Below, piece by piece: positions 38,932 to 47,899 of a stretch of DNA of 64,000 bases (the first letter of the stretch is position 1; the number at the start of each line of letters is the position of its first letter). The notes beneath the pieces are model-generated. The model saw nothing but the letters and a program-made list of their open reading frames with translations. It ran no database searches and had not been told where the DNA came from. The position numbers and the translations under genes were made by a program. Source of the stretch: Methanomassiliicoccales archaeon (lineage in GTDB: Archaea > Thermoplasmatota > Thermoplasmata > RBG-16-68-12 > SOIM01); contig JAUVGH010000003.1 in NCBI GenBank assembly GCA_030593885.1, forward strand, positions 3,011 to 67,010, read 5' to 3'.

Positions 38932-40221
38932 CTAATCATCGTCCAGAAGCTTCCCTGAGATGATGGAATCCGCCATCTTCACCGCCCTGACGCTTTCTCC
39001 GACATCATGCACTCTTACGATGTTCGCGCCGTTTAACACACTGGAAACAAGAGCTGCCAAACTACCCTCCAACCTGTCAGCCATTTCCGAATCCAATATC
39101 TTCCCGATGAAGGACTTCCTTGATGCACCCACCAATATAGGAAGCCCCAGACTCCTCATCTCTCCCAGCCTTCGTATTATCTCCAGATTGTGTTCGACCG
39201 TCTTCCCGAATCCTATGCCGGGGTCAACGATAATGTTCTCCCTTTGAACGCCTCCCGCCACAGCGCTGTCGATCTGATTCCTGAGATAACGCATGATCTC
39301 CCCCATGACATCCTTGTACTCCGGTTTCTCCTGCATGGTCTTCGGTGTTCCCAGCATGTGCATGACGACAACTGGAACGTTCAAATCGGCAACCGTTGAG
39401 ACCATCTCCGGGTCCCTTAGGCCGCTGACGTCGTTCACCATCTGGGCGCCCAACTCGATGATTTCCTTTGCGACGATCGGGCGTCTAGTGTCAATAGAAA
39501 TCGGAATGTCAACCTTCTGCAACAGCCCCTCGACCACTGGCCTTACCCTCTTGAGCTCTTCCTCGGGTGAAACTGGTTCAGAGAAGGGCCTGGTGGATTC
39601 TCCACCGATGTCAATGATATCCGCACCCTGTCTGGCCATCTCCACTCCGTGGTTGATAGCTGTGTCAGCATCGAAGAACTTGCCACCATCTGAGAATGAG
39701 TCGGGTGTGACGTTCAGAATGCCAATAACCAAGGTCCGGTCCAATGCAATCTCCTTCTTGGGGAACTTCAGCACAAAGCCTCTCTTGTCAAAGTTCTCCA
39801 GAACCTCCTCGATCTCGGCAGCGATATCCTTGCACGTGAACGGCTGGATCTTCAGCTTATGAATCAGCTTCTCGTACTGGTGGATCGTCCCCAACAGGAT
39901 CAGGTCGGATTCCTCCACGGAGTGGTCCAGAGTGCCTTTGTGGGTCACCGCATCCCCACCGGCCGACAGCATCTCCTGCTTGATGATGTTCGCTTCCTTG
40001 GTTCCGACATTCTCCAATCTAATTAGCCGTTGGTCCGCCTTCCTTGACATTATCTTGACGCCGGCAGAAGTGCTCCCGACCTTCCTCATCTCCCCCTTGA
40101 TTTCGTCCCGGTTACGAAGGTCCAGGACCCTTGCGTTGAACATCATAAAGAGGATTGGGAATTCTTGACTTATAGTTTGGGGAAACATCCCCTCGGAGAC
40201 CAGTATATCACTTTCGGACAT
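38932..40221 (-). CDS. folP: Dihydropteroate synthase with ~160-aa N-terminal extension
   Basis: The pterin-binding core is LVIGILNVTPDSFSDGGKF, DIIDIGGESTRP, SIDT and LVGASRKSFIG. Confidence 0.85.
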   Translation of the reverse strand: MSESDILVSEGMFPQTISQEFPILFMMFNARVLDLRNRDEIKGEMRKVGSTSAGVKIMSRKADQRLIRLENVGTKEANIIKQEMLSAGGDAVTHKGTLDHSVEESDLILLGTIHQYEKLIHKLKIQPFTCKDIAAEIEEVLENFDKRGFVLKFPKKEIALDRTLVIGILNVTPDSFSDGGKFFDADTAINHGVEMARQGADIIDIGGESTRPFSEPVSPEEELKRVRPVVEGLLQKVDIPISIDTRRPIVAKEIIELGAQMVNDVSGLRDPEMVSTVADLNVPVVVMHMLGTPKTMQEKPEYKDVMGEIMRYLRNQIDSAVAGGVQRENIIVDPGIGFGKTVEHNLEIIRRLGEMRSLGLPILVGASRKSFIGKILDSEMADRLEGSLAALVSSVLNGANIVRVHDVGESVRAVKMADSIISGKLLDDD

Positions 40222-40254
40222 CTCCCCTCAATACCCTTAATAAGAGCTTTGTAG

Positions 40255-40896
40255 ATGGGGATTATGTCCAAAGGAAAGGTTGACATGGAGATCGATTTCA
40301 AAGATAAGACGATATCATTCACAAGGGAGCTGAGCAAACTGGATGAACTCGCCCTGCATTTTTCCGAGCGACTATCTTCTACGGGTATCAAGCACGTATT
40401 CCTCTCTGGGTACATAGCAATCCTCTTCGGCAGGAACAGGATGAGCGAGGACATCGATGTGGTTTGCGAGGTGGTTCCCTTTGAGACATTCGATGCATTC
40501 TGGAAGGACATTCACAAGACACTTGATTGCATCATCACCTCAGACGCAAGGAAGGCCTATGATGACTACCTGAACAAGGGATTGGCCGTTCGATTCGCCC
40601 ACAAAGGTGAGTTCATACCGAATGTGGAGATGAAGTTCAAGTCTACACAGATGCATAATGAAGCTCTCTCCCTCGCGCTGGACGTTGTCGTGAACGAGCA
40701 GCACATACCAATATCCCCCCTGGAGCAGCAGATAGCGTACAAACTTTTCATGGCGTCGGAGAAGGACATTGAGGATGCCAGGTTCCTGTTCAAGTTGTTC
40801 CAGGAGAACTTGGAGATGGGCAAACTCAGTTCGTACCTGGACTCACTCGAAGTTCCATTAGAAGAGGCAAGGAAGCATTTGGGGTGGTCGGAGTGA
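40255..40896 (+). CDS. Putative nucleotidyltransferase-fold protein
   Basis: FLSGYIAILFGRNRMSEDIDVV resembles the G[GS]-x9-13-DxD NTase motif. The later ISPLEQQIAYKLFMASEKDIEDARFL resembles the helical half of AbiEii/DUF6036-type NTases. Confidence 0.45.
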   Translation: MGIMSKGKVDMEIDFKDKTISFTRELSKLDELALHFSERLSSTGIKHVFLSGYIAILFGRNRMSEDIDVVCEVVPFETFDAFWKDIHKTLDCIITSDARKAYDDYLNKGLAVRFAHKGEFIPNVEMKFKSTQMHNEALSLALDVVVNEQHIPISPLEQQIAYKLFMASEKDIEDARFLFKLFQENLEMGKLSSYLDSLEVPLEEARKHLGWSE

Positions 40897-41063
40897 AGCT
40901 TGATCTGAAAGACCTAAAGGCAGACAAGAAACGCAACTTCGAGGAGCGCTTGGCATTCATTGACCTCTACGTGGAATGGTTGAAGAAGACTCCCAACAAG
41001 GTTTGGAGCAGGCAACACAAGGATTTCATTGACACGATTGCTGTAAGCGGACAGAAAGAGTGA
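40893..41063 (+). CDS. Hypothetical 56-aa protein coupled to the NTase-like gene
   Basis: The GTG start overlaps the upstream stop (GTGA). Hand translation gives VKLDLKDLKADKKRNFEERLAFIDLYVEWLKKTPNKVWSRQHKDFIDTIAVSGQKE*. Not in the ORF track (<60 aa). Confidence 0.3.
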   Translation: MKLDLKDLKADKKRNFEERLAFIDLYVEWLKKTPNKVWSRQHKDFIDTIAVSGQKE

Positions 41064-41132
41064 GCGTTGGGCATCTGAGCAGGCTCTTCAGGAAGGATTG
41101 TTTTTATATCATTATCGGGTTTTGCAGACGAT

Positions 41133-42974
41133 ATGAAGCTTCTCTTCATCCACGCAGACTACATGGAGTACGAGGCCAGGGAGCCGACCAAATTCGCAGA
41201 ATCGATTCTCGACGAGGTCAAAAAGGGGAGGATGGAAGAGGTCCTCGTGGCGTTCACGGCGATCGAGAAACAGGATGAGAAGAATCCATTAGGTTCGGCT
41301 GAGGCCGCTGCTAAAGAGATCGCCGAAGTTGCCGGAAAAGTCCAGACCAAAAACATCATGCTCTACGCATATGCCCATTTGAGTTCGTCACTGGCCAACC
41401 CGGACAAGGCGCTGGAGATCTTCAGGGAGATCGAGATCAAGCTCAAGGAACACGAGTTAAACGTCCACAGATCACCGTTCGGATGGTACAAGTCGTTCAA
41501 CATCGCCTGCAAGGGCCACCCTCTTTCCGAGCTGTCCAGAAGCATCGAAGTGGAAGAGAAAGCGGTCACGCGGGAAGAGGTCGTCGAGAAGATCGAGAGC
41601 GAGTATTACGTCCTGACGCCGGAAGGGGAAGAACACAAGTTCGAACCCGATGAAGTTGAGAAGCTGGATGTGCTGGACAAATATCCAACACTGCAGAAGT
41701 TCATTCTCGCAGAGGAAGTGAAAGGTCAACCGAAAGGGGAGCCGCCGAGCATCAAGGCGATGAGGAGGCTGGAGCTGGTCGATTATGAAGAAGCAACGGA
41801 CTCAGGCCACTTCAAGTTCTTTCCCAAGGGTGCATTGATATTCAACCTGCTGCGGGAATGGGCCACATACGTCGCCACCGAGAAGATAGGCGCCATACAG
41901 ATAGAGACCCCGATAATGTACGACTGGTCATTGCCGGACATCAGGGGACAGACGGCGTCGTTCCATGAGAGGCACTACACGATCGAAACAGACGACGGTA
42001 GAGAGTTCGTCCTGAGATTCGCCGGGGACTTCGGACTGTTCAGGATAATGAAGAACGCCACCATGAGCTACAAGCAGCTTCCGGTGAGGATCTACGAGTT
42101 CTCAAAGAGCTTCAGGTACGAGCAGAGAGGCGAGCTTTCGGGTCTGAAGAGGCTCAGAGGGTTCCACATGCCGGACATACACTGCTTCGCGAAGGACCTG
42201 GAGCAGGGATGGGACGAGTTCCAGTGGATACACAGGAATTACAGCGACCATGCCGACGGGACTGGGGTGGAGTGGGCTCTGGGATTCAGGATAGTCAAGG
42301 AGTTCTACGAGAAGAACAAGGATAAGATAATCGAGATGCTGAAGTACTCCAAGAGGCCGGCTTTGATCGAGACGCTCTCGGAAGCAAAGCACTACTGGGT
42401 TGTGAAGAACGAACTGCAGGCAATTGACTCGGTGGGTGGGAACTGCCAATTGGGAACAGTGCAACTGGACGTGGAGGACGCGGAGAGGTACGGCATCACA
42501 TATTACGATGAGAAGGGAGAGGCGAAAGGGTGCATCATCAATCATTCTTCGATCGGTTCGATAGAGAGATGGATCTACGCGATACTGGAAGAGGCCTTGA
42601 AGAAGGAGAAACCAGAGCTTCCTCTTTGGCTGGCGCCCACTCAGATTAGGTTCGTACCAGTGAGTCAGGAGTTCGTCGAGGACTGCGCCGAGTTGGCCTC
42701 GTCTCTCAAAGCTAGGGTGGACGTGGACGACAGGAACGACAGCGTTGGCAGGAAGATCAGAGAGGCCGAGAGGGAATGGGTCAACATGATCATAGTGTAC
42801 GGCCAGAAGGAGAAGGACGGGGATACTCTGCCTGTCAGGCTCAGGAGTGGAGAAGTGAAGGACCTACCCTTGAACGAGATCCAACTGATCGTGGAAAAAG
42901 AACTCAAGGATAGACCGTACGAAGGACTGCCTCTGCCCATGCTTCTCAGCAAGAGGATAGTTTTCAGAGGTTGA
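41133..42974 (+). CDS. thrS: Threonyl-tRNA synthetase, archaeal type with N-terminal D-aminoacyl-tRNA-deacylase-like editing domain
   Basis: MKLLFIHADYMEYEAREPTKFAE is the archaeal editing-domain start. Class II core motifs include FRYEQRGELSGLKRLRGFHMPD, and an anticodon-binding C-terminus follows. Confidence 0.9.
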   Translation: MKLLFIHADYMEYEAREPTKFAESILDEVKKGRMEEVLVAFTAIEKQDEKNPLGSAEAAAKEIAEVAGKVQTKNIMLYAYAHLSSSLANPDKALEIFREIEIKLKEHELNVHRSPFGWYKSFNIACKGHPLSELSRSIEVEEKAVTREEVVEKIESEYYVLTPEGEEHKFEPDEVEKLDVLDKYPTLQKFILAEEVKGQPKGEPPSIKAMRRLELVDYEEATDSGHFKFFPKGALIFNLLREWATYVATEKIGAIQIETPIMYDWSLPDIRGQTASFHERHYTIETDDGREFVLRFAGDFGLFRIMKNATMSYKQLPVRIYEFSKSFRYEQRGELSGLKRLRGFHMPDIHCFAKDLEQGWDEFQWIHRNYSDHADGTGVEWALGFRIVKEFYEKNKDKIIEMLKYSKRPALIETLSEAKHYWVVKNELQAIDSVGGNCQLGTVQLDVEDAERYGITYYDEKGEAKGCIINHSSIGSIERWIYAILEEALKKEKPELPLWLAPTQIRFVPVSQEFVEDCAELASSLKARVDVDDRNDSVGRKIREAEREWVNMIIVYGQKEKDGDTLPVRLRSGEVKDLPLNEIQLIVEKELKDRPYEGLPLPMLLSKRIVFRG

Positions 42975-42976
42975 GC

Positions 42977-45900
42977 TCAACCTATTACGATAGTCTCGGA
43001 TGCTGTCCCGACCCCGCCGTCATCGTCTGTGACAGTCACTGTGACAACGTATGTTCCACTGCCAGAGAATGCGTGGAATATCTCGTCCAATATGAGAACC
43101 GGGAACAAGCCGCCTGGATTTGGATAGTAAGCAGTGGCATTGGTACCATCGCCGAAGTCCCAGAAGACGGTGATGTCGTCAGAGCCTGGATCGGTAATGG
43201 TCGCCTCGAACTTGAGACCGTGTGAAAGAAGCGTTGCGGTAAGGTCCACATCCCAAACCCATCTGTCCGGATGGTTCACGTTGAAGTTGTGGTGAATTCT
43301 TACTTCTTCTCCGTCCTCGAACGTCAGTATTATCCAGACCGGGTTGGCGCCCAGCCACTGACCGTTGATCGGATCGTCGAATGGCGTGTATCTTACGATG
43401 GCCCCATATGTCTTGGCAATGTCGATCTGGAATGTACCAAGATGCAGCATCTGCTGGTTCGGGCTTCCGGGATACCTGATCACGTTGCCTTCTGCAACGA
43501 GAACCCCGTCCTCGTACAGTTCAACGACAACATCATGCCACTTCTCGCCGGCTACCCTCAGGGACACGTTCACGCTCGAGGGTATTATCTCGAGCTCCAC
43601 GGTTGGCGGGACATTGGATATCACAAGCTGGTGGGCGGTCGTACCGACCCCTCCGTCATCGTCCGTAGCTCTAACTGCGACGTTCCCAGAGAAGTCATCT
43701 CCCCAAGTGTTCAGAACTGTCTGGCCGGTAGCATCCACGTCAAAGGTGGAACCATCGTAATCGAAGTCCCATTCCAAGGTGTGGGTGTCGTATATGCCAG
43801 GGTCCGTGACACTTGCCGTGAACTGTACCGTTGATCCTTCTGGGTAAGGTCCGCCGATTATCGACCCATCGCTGCTCTCGCTCGTCCAGTCAGGTGTGGG
43901 TGCGACGTTGTAGATCATGACTATGGACACATCGGTGTCGCTCAGCGGGGCCTCAGGAGGTTCTTCCAGCAACTGGTTTATCCTGAAAGCGAGGTCGAAC
44001 CAGCCGCTGCTCTCGGTGGTGTCCCAGCCGACTCCCTGCCTCCACATCCAGTGCTTGCCTCCTGGGAAATCAGAACCGGTGCCGCAGATCTCGTATTCTC
44101 CTATCGGGCTTGCCAGGGGGGCATCCACCTGCAGGTAGTAGGTCTGACCGGGTGTGACCTGTATGTCTGGGAAGTCGAAATCCTCGTAAAGCGCAGGATT
44201 GTTGAAGCAGCTCTTTGGAAGCTCGTAGAATGCCTTGGTCGCTTCGGTGAGTACGGGGCCGTCCAGGGTCTCCCTTATGGTGACATGTATGTCGTCCTCG
44301 GAGCTCTTCCGGCCGTTGGCCACGACGAGTGACACAAAGGCAAGTCCAGATTCGGTCGGAACGAAGGACTGTGCATGGCTGATGTTCTGGTTGATGAAGG
44401 AAGAGAACTGTATCTCTTCATCGTGTTCTATGACCTGCCCCGTCTTGTACTCCCTGGCCTCCACCGCTACCTCGCCGATGAAATCGTCGAAATAGGTGTA
44501 GTTGACCATTGGATAGGTTGACCATGCAGTTTCCCAGGTTCCGTCATTGTTGAAATCCCATCTGTATTCCAGCTGATCCCCATCGGGGTCGAATGATGAA
44601 CTGGCATCGAACAGGACCGGTGAGCCTTCGTAGCCGATGTAAGGACCATTTGCGTCCGCAACTGGCGGTTGATTGCTCTTGACCTCTATGCTTTCGGTGG
44701 CGGTGTCCTGTATCGCCCATTCTCCGGTAGATGATGCCGTAACGGTCACGATGTCGGTATCGCCCTTGGTTCCCGGTGGAATGACGACAGAGACTATGAT
44801 CTCGTAACTGCTGTTCTGGGGCATTGAAGGTGAGCTCGAGACCTCTGGCTCTCCGCCATCCAAGATCCCGTCCCCGTCAGTGTCCTCGTAGACCTTGGTG
44901 GTCCAGCCCACGTTTGACCGTGCCCTCAAATCGAAGACGTCCGTCTGACCAATGTTGACCAGAGTATGAGCGAAGAACAGTGTAGTATCGGGATCGGTCA
45001 CCAACGAATGATCGGGGAACAGTATGGGCGGCGGACTAACAGGCAGAGGCGGTTCAGGCCCGGAGAACATCTCATAGTCAGCAGCCAGGAAGTAGGTGTT
45101 GTGAGCGTCCAGACCTATGATCTCGTAGTTCCAAAGACCTGCTGAAAGCACATAACCCACTTGGACGTCCGCTGAGGCCAAATCTGAGACTATGAAGAGC
45201 TCCCACTCGAGGTTTGCGGAAGGGTCATAGTTGGCGTACACGTTGCTGTCCGGGTCCGTCAAGCGGAAGTAGACTGCAGGGGGCACATGGCAGCACTTGC
45301 CGTTCCCACCTGAGCCGTCAGGTGGTGAGCCGAGGCGGGCTCCTTCAGAAAGGGCGGGTCCTGGACCGTCGGGGTCTCCCACAGGAGTGTTCGGATCGTC
45401 CGTATCGGCATAATAGTCCACGTCACCATCCCTGAACGTGATGGAGCTCCTGTCCGTTGGGACGTAGAAGTACAGGTCCCAGAAGCCACCGTATGAATTG
45501 GCGCCGGGGTCGTTGGTCTCGCCCGGATTGGGGTCACCTGAACCGACCCAAGGATCGCCCGGGTTCTGCGGTCCACCTATGAATGTCACCGACTGGCCGT
45601 CCCTCACGCTGAGCTGTCCGTCCGTCCTGACCTTGAACTCGTCGAGCACGCCGGAAGGTATGCCGCTCTTCCATCCGACCTCCAGACGATAGAAGTAGTT
45701 CCCGCTTGGTGCCTGTGCGCCACTGTCGGTCGAGAAGAACTGTGTGGTCCAGTCATCGTTCGCCAGACCGGTGCTGGTCCAGCTTGAGAGTAATGTAGAA
45801 CCTCCTGACTTGAGAGGGTCCTTGTACAGCCAGTAGCCCATCAGGGCACTGTTAAGGTCCCAATCACCTCCGACGTCTCCGTCAAAGATGCCCAGTTCGA

Positions 45901-46162
45901 AGCTGGTCCTGCCGGCAGGAACACCGATGAACAGCTCTATATCCTGTCCACCCAGCGTGTTCAGGCCTGACCCTGCCACCGCCAGGAACCTTCCGTCATC
46001 GGGATCGTTGCTTGGCATTGCCGAATAGACCTTCATCGGAACCCCTCCGTCCCCGAACGGATTCTGCAGGACAGAATACGGGACCGAGGTGACAACGAAC
46101 ATTAGAACAGTCATCACAGAAAGGCTCTGCTTAGTCAATAGAAATAGCTCCCCGCTCCTCAT
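42977..46162 (-). CDS. Large secreted PKD-domain protein
   Basis: N-terminal hydrophobic signal. At least three PKD-like units are present (PVADANGPYIGYEGSPVLFDASSSFDPDGDQLEYRWDFNNDGTWE; EWDFDYDGSTFD...VAVRATDDDGG; FWDFGDGTNA...VTVTDDDGG). Confidence 0.75.
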   Translation of the reverse strand: MRSGELFLLTKQSLSVMTVLMFVVTSVPYSVLQNPFGDGGVPMKVYSAMPSNDPDDGRFLAVAGSGLNTLGGQDIELFIGVPAGRTSFELGIFDGDVGGDWDLNSALMGYWLYKDPLKSGGSTLLSSWTSTGLANDDWTTQFFSTDSGAQAPSGNYFYRLEVGWKSGIPSGVLDEFKVRTDGQLSVRDGQSVTFIGGPQNPGDPWVGSGDPNPGETNDPGANSYGGFWDLYFYVPTDRSSITFRDGDVDYYADTDDPNTPVGDPDGPGPALSEGARLGSPPDGSGGNGKCCHVPPAVYFRLTDPDSNVYANYDPSANLEWELFIVSDLASADVQVGYVLSAGLWNYEIIGLDAHNTYFLAADYEMFSGPEPPLPVSPPPILFPDHSLVTDPDTTLFFAHTLVNIGQTDVFDLRARSNVGWTTKVYEDTDGDGILDGGEPEVSSSPSMPQNSSYEIIVSVVIPPGTKGDTDIVTVTASSTGEWAIQDTATESIEVKSNQPPVADANGPYIGYEGSPVLFDASSSFDPDGDQLEYRWDFNNDGTWETAWSTYPMVNYTYFDDFIGEVAVEAREYKTGQVIEHDEEIQFSSFINQNISHAQSFVPTESGLAFVSLVVANGRKSSEDDIHVTIRETLDGPVLTEATKAFYELPKSCFNNPALYEDFDFPDIQVTPGQTYYLQVDAPLASPIGEYEICGTGSDFPGGKHWMWRQGVGWDTTESSGWFDLAFRINQLLEEPPEAPLSDTDVSIVMIYNVAPTPDWTSESSDGSIIGGPYPEGSTVQFTASVTDPGIYDTHTLEWDFDYDGSTFDVDATGQTVLNTWGDDFSGNVAVRATDDDGGVGTTAHQLVISNVPPTVELEIIPSSVNVSLRVAGEKWHDVVVELYEDGVLVAEGNVIRYPGSPNQQMLHLGTFQIDIAKTYGAIVRYTPFDDPINGQWLGANPVWIILTFEDGEEVRIHHNFNVNHPDRWVWDVDLTATLLSHGLKFEATITDPGSDDITVFWDFGDGTNATAYYPNPGGLFPVLILDEIFHAFSGSGTYVVTVTVTDDDGGVGTASETIVIG

Positions 46163-46279
46163 GTTTATACTCCCCGTTCATCAGGCGAGATGACTGAGCC
46201 CACGACAGCTCCCGCCCTCTATGTTATGGTAGATGAGTTTACTTAAGTATAATCTTTGTGCATATCCAGTATCGTTTTC

Positions 46280-46408
46280 AAAAAAAAAGAGGGGGGAGGA
46301 GGTAATCGTCACTTGCGATCTCCCGTTCCCAAAAAAAAAGGGGGGGAGGAGGTAATTGTGACCTGTGAGTTCCTCTTTCAAAAAAAAGAGGAGGGGTTAA
46401 TCGTCATC
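46280..46408. repeat. Three imperfect ~33-bp direct repeats (A8-9 + G-rich GGAGGAGG + TAATCGTCAC) with 49-51-bp periodicity
   Basis: The units start at 46280, 46331 and 46380: AAAAAAAAAGAGGGGGGAGGAGGTAATCGTCAC, AAAAAAAAAGGGGGGGAGGAGGTAATTGTGAC and AAAAAAAAGAGGAGGGGTTAATCGTCATC. The third unit contains the ftsZ stop codon. Confidence 0.85.
46380..46387 (-). terminator. Oligo-T (T8 on the transcribed minus strand) candidate archaeal terminator just after ftsZ
   Basis: The T8 run begins 16 nt downstream of the ftsZ stop. Two further T9 runs (46331-46339 and 46280-46288) follow in the repeat copies. Confidence 0.5.
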
Positions 46409-47510
46409 TGACTATCGGTATTCCCATCATTTCCTCGTGTACCTCGTAGTCCACCAGCCCCACGGTCGGGCTGAGGAGGTTAGGCGACTTGACGCCGGTG
46501 ATTATGGTCATCACCTTGATCACGCCCTCGTACTCCTTGTCCACCCTGGCGCCGAATATCACGTTGGCGTTCTCGCCCAGGCAGTCGGTTATCCCCCGGA
46601 TCACCTCGTGCGCCGTTCTAAGGCTGAGGCCCGGTCCTGAAGTGAGATGTATCAGTGCTCCGTTGGCACCTGTAAAGTCAATGTCCAGCAGGGGGTTGTT
46701 CATGGCCTCCATCACCACCATGTCCGGATCGTCCGCCGCATTCTCTGCATACAGCATGGTCGATGTTCCGCCCGTGCACATTATCGCCCTCATGTCCGCG
46801 AAGTCCAGGTTTATCAGTGAGGGCATGGTAATCGTCTCCGTGAGGCCCTTGACGACCTCTGACACCAACTGGTCCATCACGCCGAAAGCCTGATTGACCG
46901 GAAGATTGGGTACGATCTCAAGGAGCTTGTTGTTGTCCAGCACGATAACGCTGTCCGCGCTGTGCCTGAGCTTCTCAAGTCCATGGTTAGCCCTTGCGAT
47001 CCTTGATCGTTCCACTGTGAAGGGGGTGCTTGCGATAGCCACGACCACGGCTCTGGACCTCCTGGCCAGCTGGGCCACATAGGGCGCCAGACCGGTTCCG
47101 GTCCCACCGCCCATTCCGACGGTGATGAACACCAGGTCTGCGCCGGAGATCATCTTCTTCAACTCGTCCTCGGACTGTTCGGCGCATTTCAGTCCAACAT
47201 CCGGCATCCCGCCGCATCCCAGACCTCTGGTGATCGATCCACCTATCAGCAACTTGTTGTCGACTCGGATCCTGTCCAGATGCGCCTTGTCAGTGTTGAT
47301 GGCGTATGTCTCCGCTCCGTGAACTCCCATCTTGGAGAGACGGTTCACACTGTTGCTACCAGCTCCGCCGCATCCCACCACGATGATCCTGGGAGAGCGA
47401 TAGCCGAACGACTCGTCATCGTTGAATTCCTTCGTTTCATGGAGCAAGTGTTCAAATCCCATATTCCATCCCTCGAAACGTGCCAGGTCGGTGCTCGGGC
47501 ACCGCTCCAT
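46404..47510 (-). CDS. ftsZ: Cell division protein FtsZ (tubulin homologue)
   Basis: [32 protein letters not shown] and NLDFADM. An alternative start is ATG 47462, preceded by GAGGGA. Confidence 0.9.
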   Translation of the reverse strand: MERCPSTDLARFEGWNMGFEHLLHETKEFNDDESFGYRSPRIIVVGCGGAGSNSVNRLSKMGVHGAETYAINTDKAHLDRIRVDNKLLIGGSITRGLGCGGMPDVGLKCAEQSEDELKKMISGADLVFITVGMGGGTGTGLAPYVAQLARRSRAVVVAIASTPFTVERSRIARANHGLEKLRHSADSVIVLDNNKLLEIVPNLPVNQAFGVMDQLVSEVVKGLTETITMPSLINLDFADMRAIMCTGGTSTMLYAENAADDPDMVVMEAMNNPLLDIDFTGANGALIHLTSGPGLSLRTAHEVIRGITDCLGENANVIFGARVDKEYEGVIKVMTIITGVKSPNLLSPTVGLVDYEVHEEMMGIPIVR

Positions 47511-47564
47511 GCGTGCATCCCATAGGATTGATCTCTCAATCCCCCTTCGAGGCCAACTTCCCTT

Positions 47565-47879
47565 TTATTCGAGATTCTCCATCGCCTTTGAGAGCCGTCT
47601 CCGGACGTATTCTCGCACTGCGTTGCGTATGGCGTCTTCCACCGAGACCGAATCTCCCTTCTGAACCAGTTCCTGGAGATCCACCACGTTGCCCTTCGGA
47701 AGCTCGATCGTCATCTTCTTGATGTATTCGGGTGCGAACTGAGCATCGATGAAAGTATCAATCGCGGCTCGGACAGCATCGGATAGTGTAGAGTATTCAC
47801 CGTTCTTGACTAGATGCTGGAGTGCGTCGACTGTTTCAATTGGTATTCTGACTGTAACACGCTCTGTGTCCGATGCCAT
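47565..47879 (-). CDS. cdrS: CopG/RHH-family protein with two tandem ribbon-helix-helix modules (CdrS-like, upstream of ftsZ)
   Basis: Module 1 is RVTVRIPIETVDALQHLVKNGEYSTLSDAVRAAIDTFI and module 2 is KMTIELPKGNVVDLQELVQKGDSVSVEDAIRNAVREYV. The gene is co-oriented with and immediately upstream of ftsZ. Confidence 0.7.
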   Translation of the reverse strand: MASDTERVTVRIPIETVDALQHLVKNGEYSTLSDAVRAAIDTFIDAQFAPEYIKKMTIELPKGNVVDLQELVQKGDSVSVEDAIRNAVREYVRRRLSKAMENLE

Positions 47880-47899
47880 CTCTTTCCCAGCATTGACTA

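Noticed and set aside
46181-46381. 66-aa minus-strand ORF spanning the repeat region
   Set aside because: Its translation (…PPFFFGNG…SSPLFFFEN…) is simply the poly-T/C-rich repeats read through. It has no start context and lies in an intergenic terminator/promoter region.
46280-46408. Possible mini-CRISPR array (repeat-spacer-repeat pattern)
   Set aside because: There are only three imperfect units and the spacers are just 17-18 bp. The repeats are low-complexity (A-run + G-run), and there are no cas genes in the window. One unit overlaps the ftsZ stop codon.
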